Shown here in pieces: positions 19,676 to 28,385 of a DNA stretch of 64,000 bases. The position numbers and the translations under genes are program-made. The DNA is from a virus: the IMG/VR virus record IMGVR_UViG_3300023296_000994. One strand, given 5' to 3'. Below the pieces are notes generated by a model. It was not told the origin of the DNA and made no database searches. It saw only the letters and a list, made by a program, of their open reading frames with translations. The stretch's first letter is position 1, and every line of letters starts with the position of its first letter.

Positions 19676-20073
19676 TAATACGTTACCTCTTTGGATAGTT
19701 TTATTTTTCCTTCTAATATTCTGGATACATATTCACAATTACCAGACCCACTATATATTTCTATATCATAGTATGCTCTATCGAACGTGAATTGACTGGA
19801 TGAATACGCCGATATATATACACCTATACTACCAGATGTTTTAGGTAATGTTGCTGATGCTGATGTAGGGGTTAAATTTAATCCCGTACCACATGTAGTT
19901 AAAGAAGATGATAAACTTGCGTACAAGTTCGAACCTTTCTTAGAATCTCTGATTTGCATCCTAGCTTCATAGTCAGTAAGGTCAATAGCGGACCCTGTTG
20001 AATCTTTGTAATCGATTCTAAAGTCTACTGTAGTACCTTGTTCTATTATGAATGTATAGTTTCCTGCTGCCAT
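19675..20073 (-). CDS. Small beta-sandwich virion protein
   Basis: IEQGTT, IDLTDYEARMQIR, YYDIEI, RILEGKI.LSKEVT. Confidence 0.7.
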   Translation of the reverse strand: MAAGNYTFIIEQGTTVDFRIDYKDSTGSAIDLTDYEARMQIRDSKKGSNLYASLSSSLTTCGTGLNLTPTSASATLPKTSGSIGVYISAYSSSQFTFDRAYYDIEIYSGSGNCEYVSRILEGKIKLSKEVTY

Positions 20074-20086
20074 ATTATTTCCCTAT

Positions 20087-20095
20087 TATAAATAT
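20087..20095 (-). promoter_or_regulatory. Putative late promoter motif ATATTTATA
   Basis: Immediately after the capsid terminator, upstream of the gene starting at 20073. Confidence 0.65.
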
Positions 20096-20107
20096 CAAAT
20101 TAGGTAC

Positions 20108-20138
20108 AAAAAAAGGAGAACCGAAGTTCTCCCTTTTT
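20108..20138 (-). terminator. Rho-independent terminator after the major capsid gene
   Basis: Minus strand GGAGAAC-TTCG-GTTCTCC followed by T7; cUUCGg tetraloop. Confidence 0.92.
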
Positions 20139-20164
20139 ATTTTCATATTTTAATCGGGTTAGGA

Positions 20165-21823
20165 TTAAACAGTATCTAAGCCACCGATATATATTTTCCC
20201 AAAAAATTCCGGACGGACTACCTTTTTCGCGTAACGTGTCATAACCCCTTTACGTGGTGTAAAGTTAGTTGGGTCATATACAAGAGGAGTCATAATCAAT
20301 GGAATATATGGAGCATAAACTGCACCTGTTTCCAAGAATTGTGCACCACGGAATCCCATTAATAGAACATTGTCTAAGAAATATGGATTCTTGTATACAG
20401 TGAATCTATTGGCCAACGAACCAACCTTAGTAACACCCATTGCGTATGTTGTAGCTGTACCATCTGTAGTAGCTGCATATCCAGGAATAGATTCCAAGAT
20501 AGTTGATACTTCAGGTGAAACTACAATAAAGTTAGCGTTTCCTCTCATGGTAGACTGGTAAATCTTGTTACTAATCTTCTGTACTTTAGTACCAAGAGTT
20601 TGATACCATGTTTGTTGTGTGTAAGCCGCTGCTGCCCCAACCGAAGTTGCTGCTGCCGATGCGCCTGTACCACTTAGAGTGAAACCTAAATCTGCTGACC
20701 ATTGGTCGATGTGCAATGCTGCTTGTTCAATCATTGACAAGATTTCCAAGTCAATTTCCATAGCAACATATTCTGAAAGCATTGAAGTTAATTCAGCTTC
20801 AGCATCGATACTGTGATAAGCGTTAAGGTCTTGAGCGAATTCTGGTGACCAAACAACTTTCAACTTACGTGTCTTAGCTATGATAGCTTCTTGACGTAGT
20901 TCAACGTTGATTTCTGGAATGTTTAAGTTCGTACCAGATGTTGGACCTTGAATTGGATCAGAATCTTCGAAATCGCCACGTGAGTAAGCGTTACGAGTAT
21001 CGTTGAAATAAGTAACAGTTACCGAACTTGCTTGAACAGCGGCACCGAGTGCTTGTGTAGTGAAGAACGATGCAGACACAGCGTTAGCTTGGTTGTATGT
21101 TCTATTTCCACTTGCGTCAGTAACGAAGTTATAAGTAGGTAAGTTTGTTGAATCAACGATGATTGACCCACTAACAACAACGAAGTGTTGTACAGCGTTC
21201 ACATCTACATCGGTGCTAAGCGCACTTAGAGGAAGTGAAATCTTAGCGATAAGTCCACCGGCTACTGATGCTGACAATGCAGCGTCAAACCCAACTTCAT
21301 CCCATGATGCAGATGCAGCGGTAGTAACGGTTACAGCACTAGCGGTTACAGCCTTAAGCGAATAACCACCTTTACCTTTTCCATACAAACCACCTGAAGG
21401 CGTTGATGATGCACTGGTGTTACCCATGATATCAGCACCTTGTGTGAATCTACTACCGTCTTGTGTAGTACCGTATTTGAAATCCAAATAGAAAATTAGA
21501 CCTGAAGGCAAGTTCATCGGTTGAACCGAAACGAATTCTTTAGCACTAATTTGGCCGAAAATACGTCTAACAAGCGGAAGGGCTACACCATTCCAATCTT
21601 CTTTAGAGTTACTTTCACCTGCATTAGTAGTAGATGCTTCATACATCAACTGACGGGCCTGGTTTTCTAATAGAATAGCGGTATTATGCTTTTCATATTC
21701 AGCATCGATACCTTCCAATAGACCCGATTGAGCCCATTTGTCAACGTATGCACGTGTTTGTTCACGTTGAGCGCGAAACGTTTTGTTTGAGTCTTGTAAG
21801 AGCTCTGAAATATTCTTATTCAT
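20165..21823 (-). CDS. gp23: Major capsid protein (T4 gp23-like)
   Basis: AILLENQ, LPLVRR, VSVQPM..PSGLIF, AKTRKLK..W..E.AQDL.AYH.IDAEAEL, YAPYIPL, FTPRKGVMTRY. Confidence 0.97.
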   Translation of the reverse strand: MNKNISELLQDSNKTFRAQREQTRAYVDKWAQSGLLEGIDAEYEKHNTAILLENQARQLMYEASTTNAGESNSKEDWNGVALPLVRRIFGQISAKEFVSVQPMNLPSGLIFYLDFKYGTTQDGSRFTQGADIMGNTSASSTPSGGLYGKGKGGYSLKAVTASAVTVTTAASASWDEVGFDAALSASVAGGLIAKISLPLSALSTDVDVNAVQHFVVVSGSIIVDSTNLPTYNFVTDASGNRTYNQANAVSASFFTTQALGAAVQASSVTVTYFNDTRNAYSRGDFEDSDPIQGPTSGTNLNIPEINVELRQEAIIAKTRKLKVVWSPEFAQDLNAYHSIDAEAELTSMLSEYVAMEIDLEILSMIEQAALHIDQWSADLGFTLSGTGASAAATSVGAAAAYTQQTWYQTLGTKVQKISNKIYQSTMRGNANFIVVSPEVSTILESIPGYAATTDGTATTYAMGVTKVGSLANRFTVYKNPYFLDNVLLMGFRGAQFLETGAVYAPYIPLIMTPLVYDPTNFTPRKGVMTRYAKKVVRPEFFGKIYIGGLDTV

Positions 21824-21844
21824 TATGAATAATTCTCCTGTTTT

Positions 21845-22681
21845 TTAGATTAGACCTGCAAGCTTTTTCATGCGGTCTGAAAAATCGTTACTTTCTGTAA
21901 TGATTTCTTTTGGTTTTGTTGAGGCAATCGGCTTAGACGCGAGGCCTTCAGCGATTTTAACTTTCTTTGATGGTGCTTTGGACATCGATTGAGATAGTGT
22001 TTTGTACACCAACTTAATTTCTTTAAGTGTATCAGCGTCATCAAAGTTTTCGATTATTCTCATCTTTTGACTTTCATCAAGATTATGTAATCTAAACAAC
22101 TTATTAGAGAACAATAATTTAGCATTTAGAATGTTTACTTCGTTAAGTGTATCTTTCAATGTTCTGATTGTGTCGTATGCTTCTTGCAAGTCAGTTTCCA
22201 TCGTCGCAGTTTCATTACTTTCATCTACAGAATCATCTTCGGCCAATTCGCGAAGGATTTCATCTAAATCCAATTCATCGTCTTCGTCATCGCTTTCTTC
22301 ATCAGCATCATCTTCAACGTCAGATTCATGTACTGTGGCTACATCTTCAGCTTCTTCAAGCTCACGGATAATAGATTCAAGTTCTAAATCAGAATCGTCA
22401 TCGTCTTCTGCTGGCTTTGAATCTTCCTTTTCATCATCTTCGTCATCAGATTCATTTACTTCGGTAACATCTTCTGCTACTTCTGTAGTTTCATCTAATT
22501 CAAGATCATCATCTTCTAAATCTTCTACATCATCATCATCCATTTCGTTCAAATGTGCTGAAATCATGTCTTTGATTTTTGGTGAAAAAGTTTCTTCTAA
22601 TACTAATTTTGCGTTTGCGATTGCAGTTTCTCTAACAGCTTTAGCGTCAGCAATTGCTTCTTTTAAAAGGTCTTTTGACAT
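21845..22681 (-). CDS. Prohead scaffold/core protein
   Basis: Directly upstream of the capsid gene; acidic middle, coiled coil, C-terminal RMKKLAGL. Confidence 0.8.
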   Translation of the reverse strand: MSKDLLKEAIADAKAVRETAIANAKLVLEETFSPKIKDMISAHLNEMDDDDVEDLEDDDLELDETTEVAEDVTEVNESDDEDDEKEDSKPAEDDDDSDLELESIIRELEEAEDVATVHESDVEDDADEESDDEDDELDLDEILRELAEDDSVDESNETATMETDLQEAYDTIRTLKDTLNEVNILNAKLLFSNKLFRLHNLDESQKMRIIENFDDADTLKEIKLVYKTLSQSMSKAPSKKVKIAEGLASKPIASTKPKEIITESNDFSDRMKKLAGLI

Positions 22682-22799
22682 TTTAAATTCTCCTTAATTT
22701 AATTTGGAAATATAGCTATTGAGAGCTACAATGGGATAAAAACTGCGATTGATATTATATAAAAAAATAATATATTTTACGCAGTGTACATATAAGTAT
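22682..22799 (-). promoter_or_regulatory. Promoter motif (ATACTTATA, 22791-22799) and structured 5' leader with SD AAGGAG for the scaffold-capsid operon
   Basis: Inverted repeats ACTGCG/CGCAGT (22742-22747/22780-22785), ATATTAT/ATAATAT (22752-22758/22767-22773) and TAGCT/AGCTA (22713-22717/22724-22728). Confidence 0.6.
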
Positions 22800-22818
22800 A
22801 CAGTATTTCTACAAACCC

Positions 22819-23103
22819 TTAATCATTGGCAAGTAATACAATATACGAATCAGACCAGCAAGTAGACTTTTTTCTGTCTAATTTAATGCGGTCAGCGTCA
22901 CATTTCTGATAGAATACTGCTCTATTGTTTCGTTCCCTTTTAGATGCAGATTTCTTTTCATAGTATGACTTCTTTTTTAATTTTGTAAATATGTCGCTTT
23001 CTTTTGAATTGCGCTTCCATATTTTTAATGCGGTATCTAATCCGCCGGTTGGTACACCAACTGAGTTGGAATTACCATATGTGTTATAACTTTTGTATTT
23101 CAT
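22819..23103 (-). CDS. rpsU: Phage-encoded ribosomal protein bS21 homolog
   Basis: V.V..GGLDTALKIWKRNSKESDIFTKLKKKSYYEKKSASKR matches the bS21 pattern (ALR.FKR....G...E.R.R.YYEKPS..R). Start reassigned to the ATG at 23103. Confidence 0.8.
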   Translation of the reverse strand: MKYKSYNTYGNSNSVGVPTGGLDTALKIWKRNSKESDIFTKLKKKSYYEKKSASKRERNNRAVFYQKCDADRIKLDRKKSTCWSDSYIVLLAND

Positions 23104-23131
23104 ATTTTTATACTTTTTGTATTTTATTATT

Positions 23132-24136
23132 TTAAAATCCGACTGATATACTATCTTCTTTGCCGTCAACCCAACGTATACCAATACTAAGTAATGATTT
23201 TAAATCGCTGGATGCCAGGCGGCCACCTCTTATACCGGTATCGATGACTACAATATGTCCGTGAATACCATCAAATAAATCAAAATCTTTATTGTTGTAA
23301 AATAGCTTTACTATTTTTTTAGCTTTTGTTTGTGCTTTTGCTGGTAATTCATTAAGAGATACTTGGGATGCTTCATTAAGTATATCCTTAAGAGTTGGTA
23401 ATAATTTATCCATAGATTCAACGGTTATGTTCTTATCTTTTAAATGTTTCATTAGTTCTATCTTCGTATGTTTATTTCTAAGTTCCATGTAATCACCTTC
23501 GTAATCTACAAAATAAAGCTTTTGGGATGCTCTATCCCACCAAATATAATCATTACCAGGCATATACATTTTTGAAAATGACTTTTCTAGTTTGATTTTT
23601 TGCATTCCCTTTAAAAACTTCTTAGTATCTGATGTGGGAGTGGCTTCGATTAAATTGGCCAACAAAATATTATTTGATTCCTTAATTGGCGTCCATACAC
23701 CTTTATTTACATCAAAATCTACTTTTGGAAAAAATGTAGTTTTAGTTATTAGCTTTTTACCTCTTGGTTCTGTTTGCTTAACCTTATACCCTTTATTGGT
23801 AAAATCTAAAATTTCAGCAGAATAGCCATCCAAATGCTTATGCTTAAATTTATCACCTATATCTATTTCTGATAAATTGGATTTTTTATTAATAGATTCT
23901 TTTAACTTAAACTTAGATATAAATTCACGCTCATATTCATTTCCTGGTTTACCAGACAACGCCGATGAAAAATCCATTTTGGCCATAGCTCTTCCCTTTT
24001 TGTGAGGTCCGTTTACTATATAGCTAAATAGTGCTTCAGCATCCAGATTATTATCAACTATAAATTTATTAACAGCTGTAACTCTAGTTGCAGTCATATC
24101 AGCTATGTGTTTCACAAATCTACTATTAGGTTTCAT
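23132..24136 (-). CDS. Hypothetical multi-module protein; possible internal head polyprotein
   Basis: Short modules separated by LKES/LSE/IKES/LIEA/ILNEA/LNE motifs. Confidence 0.65.
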   Translation of the reverse strand: MKPNSRFVKHIADMTATRVTAVNKFIVDNNLDAEALFSYIVNGPHKKGRAMAKMDFSSALSGKPGNEYEREFISKFKLKESINKKSNLSEIDIGDKFKHKHLDGYSAEILDFTNKGYKVKQTEPRGKKLITKTTFFPKVDFDVNKGVWTPIKESNNILLANLIEATPTSDTKKFLKGMQKIKLEKSFSKMYMPGNDYIWWDRASQKLYFVDYEGDYMELRNKHTKIELMKHLKDKNITVESMDKLLPTLKDILNEASQVSLNELPAKAQTKAKKIVKLFYNNKDFDLFDGIHGHIVVIDTGIRGGRLASSDLKSLLSIGIRWVDGKEDSISVGF

Positions 24137-24771
24137 TATTTAGTACTCGTTGGTATTGAACATTGGCAAGTTAATTCACATAATATGTCTGACACCAATG
24201 TATTTATTTTTAAATATCGATCAGTTGCGGAAGATACTACAGATTCAGATATACCATTTGGTGCCATAAATGCACCATGAGTAGATGGATTACTTACGAA
24301 ATCCCAACACACAAGGTCAAAATCATCTTTAACAGTTACCGTATCTTGTCGGCCAGTAGCTTCAACCGAACCCATTCCTCTGGAACTAATACCAAGTGCT
24401 ACTTGACTTTTCAATAGTTCTCTTAAAATATTTCCGGATGGAGTTGACAGTACTTCAACTTTACCTATAACATCATTACCTTCCCACCATATATTTCTAA
24501 ATATATGGGATACGTTTTTTAGATTAACTACCGATGATTCCGGATGGTCAAGTTCACCGAGTGCACGATTTTCTTTTATTTCTCTACCAATATATTTGAT
24601 AACTTCACGCTCTAATATTCGCTTAGGATATACCCTACCGTTTTGGTTAGGAGCTTCAGCACGTTGGATTACGCCAGTTACTATAACCTTACCATTATTT
24701 TTTTGCTCTGACTCCAACACCATTGCGGGAGATATTTCAAAGGTAGTATAATCAATTAATAAAGTTTTCAT
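24136..24771 (-). CDS. gp21: Prohead maturation protease (T4 gp21-like)
   Basis: NQNGRVYP, ALGELDHP, VSH, TPSG, GISSRGMGS, DFVSNPS. Likely start is MKTLLIDY at 24771 (ATGA overlap). Confidence 0.95.
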   Translation of the reverse strand: MKTLLIDYTTFEISPAMVLESEQKNNGKVIVTGVIQRAEAPNQNGRVYPKRILEREVIKYIGREIKENRALGELDHPESSVVNLKNVSHIFRNIWWEGNDVIGKVEVLSTPSGNILRELLKSQVALGISSRGMGSVEATGRQDTVTVKDDFDLVCWDFVSNPSTHGAFMAPNGISESVVSSATDRYLKINTLVSDILCELTCQCSIPTSTK

Positions 24772-24905
24772 GGTGTTTTCCATACAGATCGTTTTACATA
24801 TAAATCAAAAAAAACTTCCGCTACTTCCTTTCGTATTATAGCTTGGATTCTTTTTATATCCTTACTTGTCAGTTCTTCTACAATATGAGTTTTCTTTGAC
24901 TTCAT
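24768..24905 (-). CDS. 45-aa hypothetical protein (MKSKKTHIVEELTSKDIKRIQAIIRKEVAEVFFDLYVKRSVWKTP)
   Basis: Not in the ORF track. Fills the gap exactly and is ATGA-coupled to the protease start. Confidence 0.7.
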   Translation of the reverse strand: MKSKKTHIVEELTSKDIKRIQAIIRKEVAEVFFDLYVKRSVWKTP

Positions 24906-24906
24906 A

Positions 24907-25716
24907 TTAGAATTTTCTTAGTTTTTCACTTATTCTATACATCTTTTCAGATATCTTTTTCAAGTTAGATCTAGTTGGCTTCCAATATCCATCTTTACCC
25001 ACACCATCTTCCTTTTTTAACTTTAGATTCTGGTTAATGGTATGTTCTATTTCAAATAATTTTAGATTTATTTCTTTGATTGCAATATTAACTTTTTGCT
25101 TTGATGATGTTGATTCATCAGATTTATAATCTTTGTATCTGGCTTCATTAACTACTGATTCACTTTTGAATGGATTAAACAATCCCCTCTTAATTATTTC
25201 TTTTTTAGTAGATGGCGCTGCTTTAGCTTTTGATTGGTGGTTAAATTTAATTGGATTAAATTTTTCCAATTCATCTACATTTACATTACCGTCTGCATCG
25301 GTTTTTACTTCACCTGATTTATCATCTGCAAGTCTTACAATACCAATTGTCTTAGTTCTTTTGTTATAAACTAAATCATCAACGCTGAATACGCCAGCGT
25401 ATTCTTTAATAATTGATTTAGAATCAATATCATATAGTTCGGCCATCATTCTTTTGTACATTGTCATTGGTGATGTTTCATCATCTTTTCTAAGAGCGGT
25501 TTTTTCTTTTAGTTTTTTCACCTGCTTATATCCGGCAGATTCTATATCTTTTTTCTTAGCCTTACCAAAGGCCTTTGGAGTATTATATGCTCCAGCGCCA
25601 GCGGTTGTACTGATTTCTTCTACTGAATCTTCATCTTCAATATCTTCAACGTCATCAATATCGTCTGCTTCTAACAACAATTTAAATTTAGCGTCTAATG
25701 TTTCACTTAATTTCAT
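24907..25716 (-). CDS. Hypothetical head-region protein
   Basis: EEISTTAGAGAYNTPKAF motif, LLLEA leader, helical C terminus; between portal and protease. Confidence 0.7.
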   Translation of the reverse strand: MKLSETLDAKFKLLLEADDIDDVEDIEDEDSVEEISTTAGAGAYNTPKAFGKAKKKDIESAGYKQVKKLKEKTALRKDDETSPMTMYKRMMAELYDIDSKSIIKEYAGVFSVDDLVYNKRTKTIGIVRLADDKSGEVKTDADGNVNVDELEKFNPIKFNHQSKAKAAPSTKKEIIKRGLFNPFKSESVVNEARYKDYKSDESTSSKQKVNIAIKEINLKLFEIEHTINQNLKLKKEDGVGKDGYWKPTRSNLKKISEKMYRISEKLRKF

Positions 25717-26554
25717 TATTCAGTTCCCTTAGTAATTCATACGAACACATTACAGATAAGATGTGCTTATCCCTAACAACGTCATCGTCTTTAATATTGT
25801 TAAATTGGTTTTTGACTTCAGATAATTTTATTTTTAATATATTATCGTCAACTTTATTTATATAATAATTTAGCTTTTTATTTACGTCATTGACGCAGCT
25901 ATTAATATATGTTTTAAGCTTAGTAGTATTGGTTACATTATTAATGTATTCTCTTAAAATCGACTTTTGATTTTCATCTAAATCACCATACTTATCATTA
26001 AACTTACTTACAAGTATTTTGTATGTTAGGGCCCGTAGGTCTTTATCCTGCTTATTATATTCTTCTATTACAGCATCTTGTACATTATCACTTGCAGGTT
26101 GGGTACCTGTTATGGTTTCTACTAACGAATATCGAACGTTTATTTTATCCACAGGCGATGAAAACGTATTTTCGAACAGACGGTATGTAGATGCATTTAC
26201 TTTGTAATTAGGTATTTTGGTTTTAAAAAATACAATTTCATCAAAGCTATTTCGTATTTCTTTAATTAAATTGTATTTTTGGCGTCGTAACGTACTTTTG
26301 TTTAATTTACCATATTGTTCCAATACCGCATCGATAAACCGATTGGCTTTTTCTTCTGTATTGAAAGTAGCTTTCTGTAGTGCTTGGTACAATAAGAGTT
26401 CTTTTCTGAGTATATTATCAGATTTAAAGAATTCTCTAACTATACGTATGGCCGGAGAATTATCTACGTTATCAAGTGTGTCATTGGTAATTTGTCTTAC
26501 CAATAACTCAAATAAAATACCAGTATTTTTGTATTTTTTATGCTTTGTATTCAT
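25703..26554 (-). CDS. Hypothetical helical head-region protein
   Basis: KHKKYKNTGILFELLVRQIT start; follows portal; promoter motif at 26585-26593. Confidence 0.75.
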   Translation of the reverse strand: MNTKHKKYKNTGILFELLVRQITNDTLDNVDNSPAIRIVREFFKSDNILRKELLLYQALQKATFNTEEKANRFIDAVLEQYGKLNKSTLRRQKYNLIKEIRNSFDEIVFFKTKIPNYKVNASTYRLFENTFSSPVDKINVRYSLVETITGTQPASDNVQDAVIEEYNKQDKDLRALTYKILVSKFNDKYGDLDENQKSILREYINNVTNTTKLKTYINSCVNDVNKKLNYYINKVDDNILKIKLSEVKNQFNNIKDDDVVRDKHILSVMCSYELLRELNNEIK

Positions 26555-26597
26555 GAAGGTCTACCTTATGTAAGTATACTCTGATATAAATATAGTG

Positions 26598-28370
26598 TTA
26601 TACTTTTTCCAGTATATTGTCTTCGTTTAACATTCCACCTATTTTCTTGTCATCTGATTTTTTATTAAACAATGATTTTGCTATATATCGTTTTTCAGCT
26701 TCACTTATAGAGCGGTCTTTGTTTTTTGCATCCCTTGCCCGTGTTTCATCACCCACTGGGTCTCTGCCACGCGCAGAATCTTGAGTGCCAAACTTAGGGC
26801 CTTCTTTTGGTCTACCACCGAAATCAGTATCATCATTAGGTGTATCGGTTGGGACCGGTGTGGCTGATGTGTCATCTTTAGAAGGATCCATGCCTTCATT
26901 TTCAATTGAAGTTAGTATAAACTTACGTTTTGTATCTTCAACTACATTGGCCTTTTCTTTGGTAATATCATCATCTGATAATTTCCATATATTTTCATAT
27001 ATCCATTTTTCAGACAATAGTTTATTATCACGGAGCGATTGTGCCAAATCAGTTTTTTGTGACCACAATTCAATCATTTCTTGTTCGTGAATTGTAGATG
27101 AGTTTGTCAAATTCAATTCAAAGTCAACCAAATCAGCATCTTTGTATCCCTGAGAATACAAATGTACTATAGCAACTTTGGTTAATTCACTTACCATAAT
27201 TCGTTGAATACGCTCGATGGTTCTTGCAAATCGAACATCCATTGCAGCTAAAGTTGCTTTACCGTCAACACCTTCCTCATATCCAATAAATGCCTTTGGT
27301 ATTTTAAGAGCCGCAAACATTTTTTCTTTTAGATAATTTATGTCATCAATACCACTCCATTCCATTCCAGGAAGAGTATCTATTTCGGTACCTGTTTGAC
27401 CGCCACGTACTGGAAGATAATAGTCTTCCATCATATTTGATAAATTAAACTTAAGGTCGTATTGGCCTGTATTTTTATCTATGTATGGGGCTTTCTTTGT
27501 TTGATTAATAATATTTTGCATGTGGGTATCCACTTCATTAGGAGGGATATTACCAATGTCAATTTTAAATATTCGCTTTTCGGGAGCTCTCATAATTCTA
27601 TGAATCATCATTGAATCTTCCATCAATGTGAGCTGCTTCCATATTTTTCTGGCCGGTTCTACCATAGATTTACCATATGGTAAAAAATTGGCGTCTGATA
27701 GTAATCTAAAATGTGCTACTTCATAGTTTTCAAATCTACGTTGTGACTGTACAAGTGACCTACCCATACCGCCGCCGGCTTGGCCGCCAATAGTTGGGTC
27801 TTGTGTAAACCTAACATATTCAGGGTTATTTGGATCTAAGTCTTCTTCCCTAAGCATTTCATATGTTGAAATTGGAATTACATTAATAATACCAAGTTCT
27901 TCTACTATTTCTAATTTCAAATAAAAATCACCATACTTACACATGTTTCTACACCAGGGATATAGATTGAATTCAATATTCATTATATTATAAAATAGAT
28001 TATTTAACGTTTCTTCTATTTTACTATTCGAACTTTTTATAGTTAGAATATCACCAAATTCATCTCTAAGTGTAGATTCTTCTGAATATATGTCAAGAGC
28101 CGATGATATGATAGGATCTTGATCCATAGTTTCATAGTCACTAAACAAAATTAATCGTTGTGTATGATAATTAGATTTTTGATTATATCCAAGAGCCTGC
28201 GAACTTTGATGTAATCGATTATATCTGTCAACTAATCTATTGGTGGCTAGCTTATCGGTAGCCTGGACTTTATTAATATCAACTACCTGGAGACCCTCTT
28301 TTCCTTTCACCACCAGAGTTGATGTTGAAAACATTGTTTCGAGCCTACCAAAAAAAGTTTTATCTACCAT
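26598..28370 (-). CDS. gp20: Portal protein (T4 gp20-like)
   Basis: LMEDSMMIHRIMRAPEKRIFKIDIGN, EDYYLPVRGG..GTEIDTLPG, ALKIPK, RFARTIERIQ. Confidence 0.95.
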   Translation of the reverse strand: MVDKTFFGRLETMFSTSTLVVKGKEGLQVVDINKVQATDKLATNRLVDRYNRLHQSSQALGYNQKSNYHTQRLILFSDYETMDQDPIISSALDIYSEESTLRDEFGDILTIKSSNSKIEETLNNLFYNIMNIEFNLYPWCRNMCKYGDFYLKLEIVEELGIINVIPISTYEMLREEDLDPNNPEYVRFTQDPTIGGQAGGGMGRSLVQSQRRFENYEVAHFRLLSDANFLPYGKSMVEPARKIWKQLTLMEDSMMIHRIMRAPEKRIFKIDIGNIPPNEVDTHMQNIINQTKKAPYIDKNTGQYDLKFNLSNMMEDYYLPVRGGQTGTEIDTLPGMEWSGIDDINYLKEKMFAALKIPKAFIGYEEGVDGKATLAAMDVRFARTIERIQRIMVSELTKVAIVHLYSQGYKDADLVDFELNLTNSSTIHEQEMIELWSQKTDLAQSLRDNKLLSEKWIYENIWKLSDDDITKEKANVVEDTKRKFILTSIENEGMDPSKDDTSATPVPTDTPNDDTDFGGRPKEGPKFGTQDSARGRDPVGDETRARDAKNKDRSISEAEKRYIAKSLFNKKSDDKKIGGMLNEDNILEKV

Positions 28371-28385
28371 GTTTTTATTTTTATT

